The notes beneath the pieces are model-generated. The model saw only the letters and a list, made by a program, of their open reading frames with translations, was not told the DNA's origin and did not search any database. A DNA stretch of 64,000 nucleotides from NCBI GenBank assembly GCA_009602735.1, contig WELA01002751.1, forward strand, positions 64,447-128,446, given 5' to 3'. This document shows, piece after piece, positions 50,926 through 64,000 of this stretch. The stretch comes from Mesotaenium endlicherianum (Eukaryota). The stretch's first letter is position 1, and the number at the start of each line of letters is the position of its first letter. Both the position numbers and the translations under genes were made by a program.

Positions 50926-51439
50926 CGCTTGTGATTGAACTGCTGCTGATCCCAGGCATCAGCATCCTGGATCAAGTCAACCAGTTTCTCATACTTTTTT
51001 TCAGCAAATTGACCAGAGACTTCGGATTTCAAGCCATACCTGAAGTATGCTATCCTATACGGCTCTGGCAAGTCTGGCTGCTTCATCACGTTTTCCTGGA
51101 AATTTTGAGCGAACTCAGCAACTGAAGTGGTCTGCTTCAGTGTTAAGGAGATCATTGCATAGATAGCTTTCTCCTGCTGGTTGATGACATCAAACTTCTC
51201 ATGCAACTTCTCGACAAACTCTACCCAAGTAGGGTCACCGAGTTGCTGAGCCTTACGCTCTCCTTTCCAATCCAGCCACCAGTGTGCTGCATTGCCTTTT
51301 AGTAGAGCACCAGTGTGCCTGACCTTCTCGTAATCGTGCTGTTTTGGGTAGTTCTCCAGCCACTGCTCAACATCACCGAGAAACTTGATCAGGTAATACT
51401 TTTTGTTTCCCTCAGGATCATAGTCCTTGGGAGGTTTTG
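50926..51439 (-). pseudogene. Old family-C gag, middle fragment
   Basis: HEKFDVINQQEKAIYAMISLTLKQTTS...QQQFNHK is near-identical to gag 33525-34991. Confidence 0.9.
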
Positions 51440-54400
51440 TGAAAGGGGCAGAGTGCCCTAGTGGAAGCGTTGTAATTCACGAGGAAAAGAACTAGTTGCA
51501 ATCATACTAAAGAGTGCAGCGGCATACCACTAACAAAGCTTAGGAAAACTACTCACCATTTTGAGTGGCAAGAAACTGCTCACAAATGATATAGAATGTA
51601 AGGCCTTGTCATTACAAACCCGTAGAAATTTACAGAAGTGAAAACTGATGAGAAACAAAGAAGTTATGCCTATTTATAATTTTCTGCCTCAGTGCTCCTC
51701 CCTAGGAGGAAGCTACGGATGTTCCTAAGTGTTCGTCAAATTGTCCCTTCCAGAATATTCGTGAGTAAGCCAGATCAGTCTAACTTGACGTGTCGGGCCG
51801 AATTGACGTCCACATACATGCATCGACATTACTAGGATATTCTATCTTAGACGCGCTAGGCTAAATCGGAACTTCCAGGTAAATCGACCTAGTCGGCACT
51901 CCGCGTCAGCCAAACTTACGTAAAGGTTCGGGTTCACTCTAACGGGCCAGATCGCTCGACGCTGTCGGTCAATTCGACGGTCGCGCTCACCGCGAATTAA
52001 GGACAGTCGTTGTAGTGAAACAGATAGATAAAGTACTTAGTGAAATAGAATGTTTTATCTATTCAAGACAAGGATCTTTGAACACAAGTGGTAGCTTCTT
52101 GAAAGAGAGATGGCTTCTTGAAAGTTAATATATTTCTGGATTTTGGCAAGTACAAGAGTGATTCTGGAATGTCTTTCTATGTTCTAGCTCTTGTTTATAT
52201 ACTTGTTACATAAGTAATTTCTAGGAAGGTGTATGTTGATGTGTTGGCACCCAACACATCCCAAAACTTGCCACCTCTTTCTAGAATAATGTACACATGT
52301 CCTTTTGACCTAAAAATGGCACATTTGACTTTTGCCACATGGAGTTCTTCTAGGTCTTTCCTCTAACTTCGAAAATGCCTTGGAAGGTTCAAAGGACATG
52401 AACCAAGTTACTAGAGTACCTATTCACACTTGACTCCACACAATACTACTCCAAATATATTTGAAAACATTAAGATATATGCAAACTAATATATAATAAC
52501 TCAAATCACTACAGTCGTCAATCGACCTCAAAACTTATAAAACTTTGGAAGTCCACACCCCTCTCAATACTTGACCAAATCCGATGAACTTTATATCAAA
52601 ATGACTACAAAAATGCACTCTACACTACTATACAATCAAAATATATTTTCATCAAACTCAAAAATGCACTTTATAAACCTATGACCTTACATCATCCCCC
52701 TCCTCAAGATGCGACGTCCTCGACGCATTGTGCAGATAACGTCTCAACTTACTCTTACAATGGGTCAAGTTGGCCTCTGGCTCCCAAGTGTTGTCGTCCG
52801 CATCGTAGCCCTTCCACTTGACCAGATACTCTTGAACAAGTCGTTGACCTCGCTTGACTCGTCGATCGCCGACAATCGCCTCCATTTCATACTCCAATAC
52901 GTCATCGATCTCGACCGGTGGTGACGGTGTAGGTAGTTGTCCAGGATGTCCTTCATTCGGGTCAACGTCTGGCCGCAGACAACTGACATGGAACACATCA
53001 TGGATACGCCAGACTGAAGGAAGTTCCAACTTGTAGGCCACTGGATTCTCCTGCTTGAGCACTACAAAGGGACTTGTAAATCGTGCCCGCAGTTTCCTCT
53101 TGCCTGTGAAAGGTAGATTCTCAGTTGACAAGAGTACTTTGTCGCCCACATGGAATGTCACTTCCCTCCGATGCTTATTAGCATGCTTGACCTGCTCTTC
53201 TTGTGCCTTCCGTATAGACGTCTTAGCCATGTCCCAAGTCTTGGCCATCTGCTCCATAAACGCTTGTGTAGTAGGAAACTAAGTCTCCTTGGCCTTCTCC
53301 AACAAGATGTTCCCTGGATGATATACTTCTCGCCCATAAACCATAGCGAATGGTGACTGCTTGGTCGATCCCTGCATGCTGTTGTTGTAGGCAAATTCCA
53401 ACCCTGGTAGCTTCTTGTCCCACTCTGAAGGGTCCTCCATAGTAAAACTCCTGAGCACCTCTTGCAGAGATCTGTTGAGCCTCTCTCTCTGCTCGTCTGT
53501 CTGAGGATGATAGGAAGTGCTCATACTCAACTTGGTCCCCATCAAAGTAAACAATGACCGCCAAAAGTTGCTAGTAAATCTCGGATCCCGGTCTGAAACA
53601 ATCACCTTCGGCAACCCATGTAGCCTGAAAATATGATCGAAGAATAGTCGTGCCACATCCGCTGCCGTACAAGTCTCCTTCATAGGAATGAAGTGAGCCA
53701 TCTTGCTGAGTCTATCAAATACAATCCAAACTGCATCGTGCCCTTGACCACTAACTGGTAACGACGTGATGAAGTCCATAGCAATCTGCTCCCAAGGATA
53801 CTCTGGAATAGGCAGGGGCTGCAATGTACCTCCCTTCTTTTGATTTGGTGTCTTGTTATGCTGACACGCATCGCAACTCCTGATCCACTCCTCGATGTCC
53901 TTGTCCATATTTCTCCAATAGTATTCTCGCTTCAGCACGCTTGCCATCTTCTCGTTTCCAAAGTGTCCAGCATATAAGCAATCATGATGCTCCGCAAGTA
54001 GTAAGTCTCGTAGCTCCTTGATGTCAGGTACCACCACTCTCTTGGAATCACCATAGTACCATATGCCGTCCTTCTTGTGCATACTTGAGTTGAACTCAGC
54101 TGCTCCACCGTCGACAAAGTCTGGGTCCTCTTCATAACCTCTCTGGAGCTTCTTCTTGAAGTCCACAATCTCCTTGATGACTGAGACAGCTGCAAGGTCA
54201 CACCTCCTGGATAAAGCGTCTGCAGGGTTGATCTTCCCAGGTAAGTACTCAATCTTGTGGTCAAACTGTTGCAGAAACTCCATCCACCTTGCCTGTCTTG
54301 GTGTCAACGTTGGTTGCGTCATAAACTTCTCCAAGCTTTTGTAATCGATCTTGATGAACACCTTCCGGCCGTCCACACAACATCGCCAAATCCTCAAAGC

Positions 54401-57400
54401 CTGGATAATAGCCAACATCTCCCGCTCGTGTGCTGCATAATTCTGCTCAGCAGGACTCAACATCCTGCTCTCATATGCCACAGGTTGTAATCCCTTGCCT
54501 TGATCCTGGAGAAGAATGGCTCCCACTGCAAAGTTTGATGCGTTCGTGATGATGGTGAAAGGAAGCTTTGGACTTGCGATTGCCAACACAGGTGCCTGTG
54601 CCAACATCACCTTAATCTTCTCAAAGGCTTGCTGCTCCTTGTCACCCCATAGCCACTTCTCCTGCTTCTTCAACATGTCCGTGAGCGGCGCACACACCTT
54701 GGCAAATCCTTCAATGAAGCGTCGATAATAGTTTGCCATGCCTGGGAAACTCCTGAGTTGATGAATATCAGCAGGTACCGGCCAATCTCTGACTGCTTGC
54801 ACCTTCTTCTGCTCCACCTTGACTCCTTCAGCTCCCACTATATGTCCAAGAATTTCGACTTCATTAAGACAGAAGTTGCACTTGCTCATCTTCCTATACG
54901 GCTTTTGATCTCTCAAGACCTCCAACACCTTCCTCAGATGCTCCACATGCTCCTCCAAGGTCTTCGAATAGATCAGGATGTCGTCCAAAATACCACCACA
55001 AACTGGTCCAAGTAGGGTCTGAAGATACTATTCATGAGTCCCATAAATGTAGCAGGTGCATTGGTCAATCCAAAAGGCATGACTGTGAACTCCAATAAAC
55101 CATAGCGAGTCCTGAAAGCAGTCTTTCGAACGTCTCCTTCCGCAATCCGTACCTGGTGATAGCCACTCCTCAAATCGATCTTCGAGAAATACTTCGCCCC
55201 GACAAGCCTGTCAATCAACTCGTCCACTCGTGGAAGTGGGTACCTGTTCTTGATGGTGACCTTGTTGAGAGCCCGGTAGTCAACACACATCCTCATAGTC
55301 CCATCCTTCTTCTTCACAAATAAGATTGGCGCTGCAAATGGAGACTCGCTGGGTCGGATGAATCCCTTCTCCAATAACTCTGTCAGCTGCTTCTTCAACT
55401 CGTCCAACTCCGCAAACGATTGACGATAGGCGGGTCTCACTGGTGGCTTGCTCCCTGGTTACAACTCAATCTTGTGCTCCATAGCTCTCTCTGGAGGTAA
55501 TCCTGCAGGTAGCTCTTCAGGAAATACGCACTTGAACTCCTCAAACAGCGCCTTAATTTGGGCAGGCATCTCAGCAGGCTTCTTCTCTTGAGCAGTTGGG
55601 CTCTGCTTCTTCTGAGCAAGGGGATCAGACACCACTACTTGCTCCTCCGGCGATGTACATTCGCCCAGGCTGTTAGGATTCACGCTTGCTCCATCTGATG
55701 ACCTGGCCAGGGCCACCGAAACAAGGTACATCTCCTTCACCTGATTCGCCCTGCATAGCTTCTTAACTTGCAGGCTCGACAGAAGACAGTTACTTGTGGT
55801 TGTATCTACCTCCACCTGTTTCGCTGTCTCCATTCGACCATCACGCCCTTGGACCTTCACTTGTCCTGTGTTCCAGCGCACTTGAGGGTTGGCTTTTCTC
55901 AGCCATGGTCGGCCCAGTATCACCTCATGGTGACCTAACTCTGCCTGCTCCATAATTTCAGTACTCCGATGCCCCGCTACTTCCACGTGAATAGCTTCTG
56001 TAGGTGCACCACACTTGAGTTTCTGCCCATTCGTCAAAATTGCCTCCTTAGGCTCATATTGCTTCTGCACAGGGATTTGCCACTCTTTCACCAACTTCTT
56101 GTGCACAAAATTTGCACTTGCGCCACTGTCAACCATACACTTCGCCTTGTTGCCGTCGACTACTCCTTCCACGATAATAGGCTTGTCAACGTCTCGTCCT
56201 TTGCTTCTCGGCAGGCTCCTGGGGATAACCTTCTTGTGAGTTCTTGTCTCCACGCCAGTAGACACCCCAGAACGACTTACTGGCGTCCTCCTTTTTCCTG
56301 CTGTTGAGGTTGCTTGGCCTTCACATGACAATCTCGAGCCTGATGCCCAAGCTTGGCACAATCATAGCACGGTCCTCTCGGTTTAAAATTTTGCTGCCTG
56401 CGCTGGTACTGAACAAGTCCCAACTCCATAGGTACTGGACCTTGAACACTTGTGCTTGGCGCTTGAGATCCAAAGTGTCGATATCCTCTAAAGTTGTGGC
56501 TGCCCCACTGCCTCTAGCTATACTCCACAGCGTCGACCCTTGTTGCCAATGCCATCATTTCCCCAAGACTGGTAGGGTCCTTGAGCGCCACTTCCTTGGC
56601 CACAGTTGGCTTGAGTCCCCTCTTGAACTTGTCCATCATCTCTGACTCGTGCATGGATGGGCATTGAAGCACCAGCTCGTTGAAGCGCGAAACATACTCC
56701 TGAACGCTTGCTCGTTGACGAAGGCGCACCAATAGATCTCGAGCGGTAGCCTCGGGTGCAATAGGTTGAAATGGCCTCTTCAAGCCTTCAAAGAGCTGAT
56801 CAACAGTAGCGGGAACTCCAGCCAGCTGCTCTTCTCGTTCATACCAAGCTCCAGCACTCTTCCGCAGCAAAGTTATGACAAAGGCAACGTGCCTGTTGGG
56901 CGTGATCGCAGAATACTCCATAAACTTCCTCACTCCAAAAATTCATTGATGAACCGGCGGCGATCCATGCTCTCCAGTATAAACTTCAGGCTTAGGCGCA
57001 CGCACTCCTGATGCGGGTGGAATAACTGGTTGCATCACTGGGTTAACATGAATTGGTGGTACAACGGGTGCAGGTGCCAAACTTGTCGAAGCGGCATTCC
57101 CAACAACAACCCGCACCATTCTCTCCACCTCCGCGCGCATATTTTGTTGAAATTGGGCGTAGACTTCTCCTCCAATTGCATTTGCCATTTGCCTTAGCAT
57201 CGCCTGCATCTCCTCTTGCTCTCTAGACATTATTGGTGCTGCCTGCTGCCCCGCGCGCTCAACATGCTTGACATGTTCGCCTCCTCCAGCTGCCGGCTGC
57301 AACTCCATAATATGATATATGCAAACTAGCCCAGCCTTGGTACCAGATGAAAGGGGCAGAGTGCCCTAATGGAAGCATAGTCATTCACGAGGAAAAGAAC

Positions 57401-58091
57401 TAGTTGCAATTATACTAAAGAGTGCAGCGACATATCACTAACAAAGCTTAGGAAATATATTCAACATTTTCAGTGGCAAGAAACTGCTTACAAATGATGT
57501 AGGATGAAAGGCCTTGTCATTACAAACCCGTAGAAATTTACAGAAGTGAAAACTGATAAGAAACAAGAAAGTTCTGCCTATTTATAATTTTCTGCCTAAG
57601 TGCTCCTTCCTAGGAGGAAGCTACGGATTTTTCTAAGTGTTCGTCAAATTGTCCCTTCCAGAATATTCGTGAGTAAGCCAGATCAGTCTAATCTGACGTG
57701 TCGGGCCGAATTGACGTCCACATACATGCATCGACATTACTAGGATATTCTATCTTAGACGCGCTAGGCTAAACCGAAACTTCCAGGTAAATCTACCTAG
57801 TCGGCACTTCGCGTCAGCCGAACTTACGTGAAGGTTCAAGTTCATTCTAACGGGCCAGATCGCTCGACGCTGTCGGTCAATCCGACGGTCGCGCTCACCG
57901 CGAATTAAGGACAGTCGTCAACCGACCTCAAAACTAATTATACTTCGGAAATCCGTGACTCTCTCAATACTTGACCAAATTCGATAAACTTTATATCAAA
58001 ATGACCAAAAACATGCACTCTGTACTAGTATACAATCAAAACATACTTTCATGAAACTCAAAATTGCACTTTATAAACTTATGACCTTACA
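51440..58091 (-). mobile_element. Ty3/gypsy chromovirus, family D, full length, inserted in old family-C gag
   Basis: 744-bp LTRs at 57348-58091 and 51440-52691 (the latter with a nested A LTR). PBS TGGTACCAAGGC; PPT GAGGAGGGGGATGA at 52692-52705 (minus). Gag 57308-56280; PR (VDSGAS) 56361-55459; RT/RH/INT 55440-53279; chromodomain ORF 53257-52679. Several frameshifts. Short imperfect TSD TTTG/TTCG. Confidence 0.94.
52011..52513 (-). repeat. Solo LTR, family A, inside the 3' LTR of element D
   Basis: 503 bp; perfect TSD GTCGT (52006-52010 / 52514-52518). Confidence 0.93.
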
Positions 58092-59492
58092 TTCGGCTTA
58101 GGCTTACTAGGCCCTCTGCCACCACCACTAGTGGTTTGAGAACCCAGTTGGTCTTTGTCCCGCAGCAAAAATATTATGATTCTTTTGTCCTCCTGCTGGG
58201 ACTGATACATGCTCGCCGTTTGCGATTGCATTTGCACAAATAATGCTCCCAAATCCACACTCTGAGGTGGGAGTCTAGCAAATGCAGCAGTAGCAGTGGC
58301 ATCCACTCGCTGAGTAGTGTCCTCAACAGTCCCTCTCGCTCCTGCAACAGCAATTCCTGTCGCATTCAGCCGGTCACGAATTTGACCTAAGGGTACATTA
58401 AGTTGTACAGCAGGAGGTGGGTTCAGAACATTGGCCCTTGCTGCCATAAGTTCTTCAACAGTGCGCTCGTCCGCTGGCCGTCCTTTCCTCCTTTCTGTAT
58501 CTTCAGCAGCTTTTGCTAATCGTTCGGCTTCTTCTGACTCTCTCCTCCTCAGCCTGGTGTGCTGCGACTGCAGCAATAGCAACTGCCTCATCTGCAGCCT
58601 CTCTAGCTGCAGTATCTGCCACTGCTTCAGAATAGGTACGGGTTTTCGCTACATGGCTTTCAGCCTGTTTTTCGACATTTTAGTTATCCTGAATCTCCAT
58701 GTCTCGGGAGTTGCTAGTTTGAGACCTTGTCCTTACCGTACAAAGAAGATTGTGATAATCGCTCCGATACCACTGAAATGAATCGACTTACCAAATAGGC
58801 GATTAACAATTAATGAAGATTTTTATATCAGCAAGTAATCTTTATGGTATTTTCTGTTGATTGATTAAACAGCAAAAGACAACACACTAGCAGTGGACAA
58901 TACTCGCAAGTCAAATGTAAGTAAACTAGCATCAATAATGTAATCAGTAAATTCATACGTAAGCAAGGCTAGAAGACAATATCAAATGCTTCTGGCCTTG
59001 AATTCAGATCTCTCTCCGTAAGCTGTACAAGAGAGTTGGCCTCGTTTTCGAATGCCGAACTCGAGAGCAATACCTAGCATATGTACATGGAATGAGTTTA
59101 CTGTTCAACGGCCAGTGCGATGGCACCGCCTACCCGGGAGTTAACCACGTTGGTAGGACCTCGGTTAACCAAATCCACCGGCCAGCTCCCATCATCCCAA
59201 GTCGCCATCCATCCTAAGGAGGTCATTTGGCCATTCATCTAGCACACCACACTTAGATGCATATCTAGGCAGTTTGCTGCTGTCAAGTACGGAAGTCAGC
59301 TGGCTGTCAAAGAATGTGTTAGCAAGCTGACCTAGTTGACTTCAGCATTCTGCTCCGAGCTGAGTCATTATACTGTTAATGTTATAAAGTTCAGCAAAGT
59401 AAATATTAACTAAATTTCAACAGGCGAAACCTATTTAACATTTATATTGATTGAAATAAATATTATATCTACCAATATACTGATTCATTACA
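58092..59492 (-). mobile_element. 5' end of the old family-C element: gag N-terminus (58092-58740), PBS and 5' LTR (58774-59492)
   Basis: Colinear with 34342-35746. The gag ATG has changed to ACG. PBS TGGTATCGGAGC lies next to the LTR. Confidence 0.92.
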
Positions 59493-60868
59493 CAATTGCA
59501 GATGGCGCCTTGGCTTGCCTCATCCCACCTCTCTCTTGCTCATACCTTTGTTCACTCCGTCTTGCTTAGCTTAGCACTTCCACCCTCACTCTCTTTGTTT
59601 TTTTCTCTTTGCCATGTCCTTCCACGCAGAGGTCTCCGTGTTCGTTTCTACCTCCTGGTGGTAGCAGTCTCTGCTCGCTATCAATTTCGCCCGACTCACG
59701 CCTTTGTTGACGTCCACAATGCGCTAGTCACTGATCAACGACTTCTTCGTCTATGCACGCGATGCTGCACGCACGCCCTTTGTCTACAGGTGCCGCTCAA
59801 CCGCTTACCCGACACTCTGCTCAATGCTAGACGTCTATCCCGCTACAACGCTCCAGACCTTTTCACTAAAGTACATCCTCCTTGGTTTCTTCCATAGGTC
59901 CTCGCTAGAGATCCCTACTCTTCGATCTTTTCGATCCCTGACATCTTCAACTTATATGTCGGTTAGCCTCTTCAGCCCCTCCACCTTACCTGGAAGAGGT
60001 GTTTCATAGTTGGCCCTTGGGGCTGGTTCTCCATAAGCTATTCCTCTCTCTCTCTCTCTCAGGATAGTAGTGTAGGTTCATAAATTTCATACTTTTAGTT
60101 TGCTTATTTTCACCGAGGCAGTGTGCTTTTCATTCATTTAGCACCAGGGGGATTCTTACCCACTGCCACCTAGCATACTTTTCCTCAAAGTGCATGTCAC
60201 CGACATTTGTGGTCCACGACAATTTGGAATGCGACAAAATGCTGAATTTTACTTATGATTCAGCATACTGACTCAGCCAACTGGCGCATTTCTATCTAAG
60301 TCAGTTTCTGACTCAATTGTAGCCACTTAGTCGACCGCGTTAAGTGAGATAGCAGATTGCCTAGTTATGTATCTATTGTGATGTGCCAGTAGATAAATGG
60401 CCACATGACGTCCAAGAAGCATGGCAATTTGGAATAATAGGAGATAGGTAGCAATTTGTTTTACAAGATCCTAGCGACATGGTTAAGTTTTGTGTAGATA
60501 GTGTTATCGCGTTGATAAAAACCAACCACAAAAGCTTCGAAAATTTTAACCAACGTTTACACCAAGACAGAGAAGATGGATAGAGTTTCTGCAACAAGTT
60601 CGACCACAAAATTTTGTACTTCCCTGCTGTCTGGTCCCTCGATAATCTAGTCAGAGTCATCAGGGTACGGAGGGTGCTAATAGGTCTAGTGGTTTGTTGG
60701 ATTAGGGTGGTAGGTGAGGATTTTCATAGCTCATTTCTAATGCTGTGTTGCATTCCTATTAGCTGCCTATTAATGCCCAGTTTGGACGTCTAGTGTTCTT
60801 TTTCATTTCCAGCTCATAAGTTGTGGAATTTTCCCCTTCGTAGAGGAAGTTTTACTCACTAGCACCTA

Positions 60869-61366
60869 TGTAGTGAAACGGATAGGATAAAGTACTTAGT
60901 AAAATGCAATACTTTATCTATTCAAGACAAGGATTTTTGAACATAAGTGGTAGCTTCTTGAAAGAGAGATGGCTTCTTGAAAGTTAATATATTTTTGAAA
61001 TTTGGCGAGTACAAGAGTGATTCTTGAATACCTTTCTATGTTCTAGCTCTTGTTTATATATTTGCTACATAAGTGATTTTTAGGAAGGTGCATATTGATG
61101 TGTTGGCACCTAACACATCCCAAAACTTGTCACCTCTTTCTAGAATAATGTACACATGTCCTGTTGACCTAAAATATTTGACTTTTGCCACATGGAGTTC
61201 TTCTAGGTCCTTCCTCTAACTTCGAAAATGCCTTAGAAGGTTCAAAGGACATGAACCAAGTCACTAGAGTATCTATTCATCCTTGAATCCACACAATAGT
61301 ACTTTAAGTATATTCAAAAGCATTTAAATAAAAGCAAACTAATGTATTAAAACTCAAATCACTACA
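60869..61366 (-). repeat. Solo LTR, family A
   Basis: 498 bp; perfect TSD ACCTA (60864-60868 / 61367-61371). Confidence 0.92.
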
Positions 61367-61496
61367 ACCTAGATTAACCAGTTCATGTTGAGTCGCGGAA
61401 CAGTCCCCTCATTGAGTCATCCTCTTGCCTCGCGAGGGTCCTTGCCTTTAAGCCAAATATGATGCCTAGTCCCTTCCAACAGTCCGAGTCACGACA

Positions 61497-61597
61497 TTGG
61501 TGAAATTAACCCTGTAGACGCTTTATCTAGAAGGTTTGACCTCACACCTGTCTCGGTCATCAAGAAGAGTATGGACTCCAAAGAGAAGCTTCAAGCT
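61497..61597 (+). pseudogene. Short family-D-like pol fragment
   Basis: Reads GEINPVDALSRRFDLTPVSVIKKSMDSKEKLQ, similar to [32 protein letters not shown] in element D (54145-54240). Confidence 0.65.
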
Positions 61598-64000
61598 CGA
61601 GCTAAGGCTTAAGGCATTTATGTGCGTGAAAGAGGTACGAGCAAGGTGGTAATTTATTTCATTTCATCGCAAAGGAGTAGGAGAAAGAAGAAAGCAGGGC
61701 GCGAAGAGGAAGTTCTTAACAAGGAGCCGAAGAGCCACGCTTTTGCCGTCGTTTTCATATTTTCTTTTGTTCTTACCATCCAACTTTGTACAATAAGTTA
61801 GCAAATAGAACTTTGCAGGAAGGATTGATTCTCTGCAGATTATCTACTGCAGATTTGATATGCTAGGACATTTTAAGGCAGGAATTAGGACAAACACCAA
61901 GGCGTACGCAAAGAGCACATGAAATGGTGAGTTGCTATTTGAAGTCTAAGTTTTTGAAAGTCCCTTATGCGAAAGCAATCATTAGAGAAAGGGTCTGAAT
62001 GAAGAATCGAGAAAGATAAGGTTGCAGTGAAAAATTGATAAGCGTGGTTAAGAGCAAAGAGGCGACACCAAACCATCATGTGTTGCTGTAGGTTTAGAGT
62101 TCTTAAGTTCATACTCATAAATTTAAAGCAAAAGCCCGTGAAGGCGACTTACAATGAATCTTGTTTTCTTTGATATTGTTTAAGTGATATTCGCAATCTA
62201 CAATTCCTCTGAACGAGTCAGCATGGACGAAGAGCAACATGTAATAGTCATTTCGACACCGTGTATGGAGAACTAAGATATCCAATTCCTTTTGCAAAAA
62301 TATGTATGCCTTTGAAAGAGAAGGATGTGAGTGAGCTCACTGTGTGAACACTAAGTCCGCTAATCGAGGACTTGGCCTCTGCAAGTTCAGTTCGACCTGG
62401 AAGCAGACTCAACCAGGTACAGCCAGCCACCGACACGTGCAAGGTCAACCTTTGTTGATCAACCAAGTCAAAAACTTCACTACAAGGGCCACCAACAAAG
62501 TCAACCAGGTCCTTGAAACACGTGTGGACTACCTTCACCGACATGGATAGGCACGTCATCAGTGAAGGTGTCATATTCAAGCGACCCGTCTTCAAAACTG
62601 AAAAATTTAGCGCATTCCCCCCCGTGGTCCCCAGCACCATAACGACGGCAATAGCCTCTGTGTTAGCCCTGACAGGGGGTCCTCTGGGAAATGATAGGAC
62701 TTTGACGAGGGTTGAGTGGGGCAAAACGCTTTATCATTGGGGGGGGATCGTTACATCCGAATCTAATCCAATTCTTTTGGCAAGGGTGATTTCCTCCAGG
62801 CTTCAGGTTTATGCTGGCTCAGGCTGGCCAATGGCACACAAGGCAGTGTCGGTGTTCAGGCGTCTGTTGCAACAAGGTCACATTTAATAATTATTAGATG
62901 GTGCCATATCGCGCTGCAACATTTGTCCACAAGCGTCTAGTGCACCACAGCCTGTCAGCGGCCCAATCCCATCCAGTTCGTGCACATTATGTGGAATCGA
63001 GAACATCCAAGACATGCACTCGACATTTTTGGACTACAGTAGAATTCATGCGATTGTGTGTCTGCGCGACCTCGTCAAATACATCCGCCGAAACGAAACT
63101 TTACGTGAAAGACGGTCAAAGATTTTGTGAGCATGATATCACATGCTTTACCGCTGGTTGCTGCTGGTTAATTGCTGCTGGTGACTGCAGGGAGCAGTTG
63201 GGAGCTTGTTCTTGGCCAATAGATTTGCGGTACATTGCGGGTCAACATGAATCATGCGCGCTCTTGGGTCGCTCTAAGCACCTCTGACCGGTTGATAATT
63301 TATGACTGGTAACTGACCTTATTTTCCCATGAATAAATTAGAAGTAATCTACCGTAGAAAGGGAAAAGATTTACGAAATCGAAGCCATCGACAAGTCGCA
63401 TCAGGCGGTTATCGCAGCCCGCCCGGCGTCAAGAAATCTCATGGTTTGCATCAAGCCTATATTGGCCAAATTTTCCAACCAAAAAATCGTCACCAGTCAG
63501 ACCGTCGCCGCTGTAGATAGGATGTGCTTTTGTATACAACCTCGGGGGAACGTCGTAGTAAATGGGCGTTAGTAGCTACTAGCATATATGAGTAGGAAAC
63601 TCTAAGCCACAGGCAAGGTCAGGTAGATAGCTGTTTACGGCGACTTTCTTGAATGTAGAGGTATCAAGATCATAAGGAGCTCGCGAGATAAGTTTGACGT
63701 ATTCCGCATCATTGAGCGATTTACCTCAGTCTTACCTCAGTCATCCAGGTATGGCAAAAGATATGCCGCGCATTTGTCAATTTCCCGTATGAGCTTTCTT
63801 TTCCTGGTTTTACCTTTGTAGCCTGCCATTTCCGAGTGAATCATTGTCCTGATTACCTTGAGGATAGCTAATAACTCGGCAGGTCATGTCTAAAAAGTTT
63901 GGATAGCTGTAGCCGGTCTTAATGTACGACTTATGGCTTGACATTCTTTCGTTCTATACGTGTTATGCCTGATAGTCTTGACCTTTGACTGCTTGTCTGC

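Noticed and set aside
59493..59497. CAATT after the old C LTR matching CAATT at 16193/16665 as the TSD of one giant element
   Set aside because: Both upstream CAATT copies are explained by the TRIM, and no C LTR lies next to them; this is a chance 5-mer.

Overview
Eukaryotic nuclear DNA with spliceosomal GT-AG introns. The GC-rich exons, CA/GT-repeat-rich introns and plant-type proteins suggest a streptophyte green alga, but this is inferred, not proven. Bases 1-12 kb hold two convergent genes: the 3' part of a PILS/auxin-efflux-carrier-like gene (+) and a complete 13-exon full-size ABCB/P-glycoprotein transporter (-). The remaining ~13-62 kb is one deeply nested transposon island, resolved by hand from LTR pairs, PBS/PPT motifs, TIRs and target-site duplications (TSDs). 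It contains three chromodomain Ty3/gypsy families (labelled A, C and D here), a non-autonomous LTR element (B), a 467-bp TRIM, solo LTRs and a hAT transposase relic. The four most notable items are: (i) a 5-kb Pack-hAT element (18-bp TIRs, 8-bp TSD) carrying captured host exons of an RWP-RK (RKD-like) transcription factor and a PI4K-beta-like kinase; (ii) a chromovirus with an extra ~555-codon ORF after pol, preceded by an apparent splice acceptor; (iii) a TTAA-flanked piggyBac element; and (iv) -1 frameshift cassettes (slippery heptamer plus hairpin) at the gag-pol junction of all three gypsy families. Family labels are mine, and protein assignments come from motif recognition, not database searches.
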